Of a stretch of 64,000 nt of DNA, positions 62,600 through 64,000 are shown in pieces. Position numbers and translations under genes: made by a program. The stretch is from the NCBI GenBank assembly GCA_040437565.1, contig JBDOQK010000082.1, forward strand, positions 1-64,000, read 5' to 3'. Every line of letters starts with the position of its first letter. Within the stretch, counting starts at the first letter, position 1. Source of the DNA: Albugo candida. Taxonomy: Eukaryota. A model generated the notes under the pieces. The model saw only the letters and a program-made list of their open reading frames with translations, was not told the DNA's origin and did no database searches.

Positions 62600-64000
62600 T
62601 ACGAGAAGGTAAGGTCGGGAGGCGAGTGTATTCGGACCGATCAGTAGGCACGGGAGGCCATGATAAAGGAGGCGTTGGACTTACCGCCACCCCGAAATCT
62701 TACTAAAAAGTGTCACCGGCTATTTACTTCGGAACTAGGAAACCCTAATATGAACACGCCGCAGCTAACGTCGAGACATCAGAGACCCCACATACTGAGC
62801 TGCCTCAACACTACTTGCAACCACCAGCATACCACGTGCCAGTACATGGTGCGCAGTTTGCACGAGAGTCAAAGAAAGCTGAGAATTAGCTTTTTTGACG
62901 GCAAAACATTCCACCAGGGATTGGGTACAGGGTTGTTATCGTGGGGACAACGATTTGTGATTTGTGCGGTAGATCTCGTTCGCCGAAGTGCGAGTGGATT
63001 TTGGAGAGTGAGGACGCAAAGATAGCCGTACTCGAAAATCAATTAGCAGGAATGGCTCAAAGGTATTACAATCGACAGGTTCACGGTTGGTGGCAGGAGG
63101 AGCCAACTTTGAAGCACGCGATGCAGAGACGCATTAGGTTGCAACCAAGATAACGCCGGATCAAAGCATGAAGATGTGTATTGTACCCAGACACGTGAGA
63201 AGCTGGACCGAACACTACCTCTACCTGGTAGCTGTGAGTGAAGTGTGCGTGGGCGGACAATTTAGTTATTGAGAACATTGTGCACTACGCAGAACCAGCC
63301 ATAAGAATGTCTATGTTTCGTGTCTGAACCTTACGCGCACAGACTTCCTACGCCAGGCGTAAGAAATAGTTCATTACGCTCAATCTGCGGAGTTAGAGAC
63401 ACGAGGAAGGCATCTCGGACGAGAATTGGTGAGTTTGGTTAAATACGGACGTAATGACGCGAGAACGTGTTACAAGTGCGGGAAAACTGGACATATAAAT
63501 GCCGCGTGTCCTGAAAAAAGAGGACGCAGTGCAACACAAAATACGGAATTAGTTCTTACAGTCAAGAATTCAACTGTTGACTGGTTTCTCGACAGTGGGT
63601 CCAGTGAGCACTTAGTAAATGACTCAAGCTTACTTGAAGACCCGGAGGAGCACGCGAGTGAAGGAATGTGTCACTGCAGATGGTGGGTCCTTTCGTACTA
63701 CCTGGCGCGGTAGTGTTGCCATTGTGGGTACAGTGATGGTAAAAGCTGTAAAGGTGCGATTGAAGGACGTCTATTACGCCGAATACTTGATTCAAAGTAT
63801 CATATCATGCGGTATGCTCGAGGCAAAAGCATACGGAATTGTACACCGACGAAGCACCGCGTGATAGCAAGCCTCAATGCAGGAATTCCTGTGCTCGACG
63901 TAGAGGTGTCGAATTTGTATTTGTGGTTTGCACGGAAGGTGGACTAGAAAATCCGGACCCTACGCATGTATCATGGCGGTACTAGCTCGGAGCGAGAAAG
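62600..64000 (+). mobile_element. Decayed Copia gag-protease, related to 958-5810, running off the window
   Basis: QRKLRISFFDGKTFHQGLG, zinc knuckle CYKCGKTGHINAAC, protease WFLDSGSSEHLVND. Confidence 0.92.

Overview
Eukaryotic, gene-sparse and transposon-dense DNA, most likely from an oomycete. This is inferred from INR/FPR-type core promoters, GGTTATG(A/G)GCCC-primed Copia elements and oomycete-style L1 ORF1; an Albugo-like obligate biotroph is plausible but not proven. The window has seven 100-N scaffold gaps, several flanked by duplicated sequence. Most of it is decayed mobile DNA: three Copia elements plus a solo LTR, one chromodomain Gypsy, four L1-like LINE pieces sharing a non-poly(A) 3' tail, three MULEs, three hAT transposase relics, a TA-flanked MITE-like element, and five copies of a ~245-bp Pol III/tRNA-type SINE with a strongly hairpinned head. 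The only long intact host-type ORF is a 380-aa signal-peptide protein (13823-14965, minus strand). It lacks RXLR, CRN and CHxC/CCG motifs and has two decayed paralogues here, one sharing ~850 bp of upstream DNA, so it is a candidate unnamed secreted-effector family undergoing birth and death. Also present are a D-3-phosphoglycerate dehydrogenase pseudogene fragment and an unassignable ~2.4-kb degenerate coding relic found as two diverged overlapping copies. No rRNA, intact tRNA or CRISPR array was seen.
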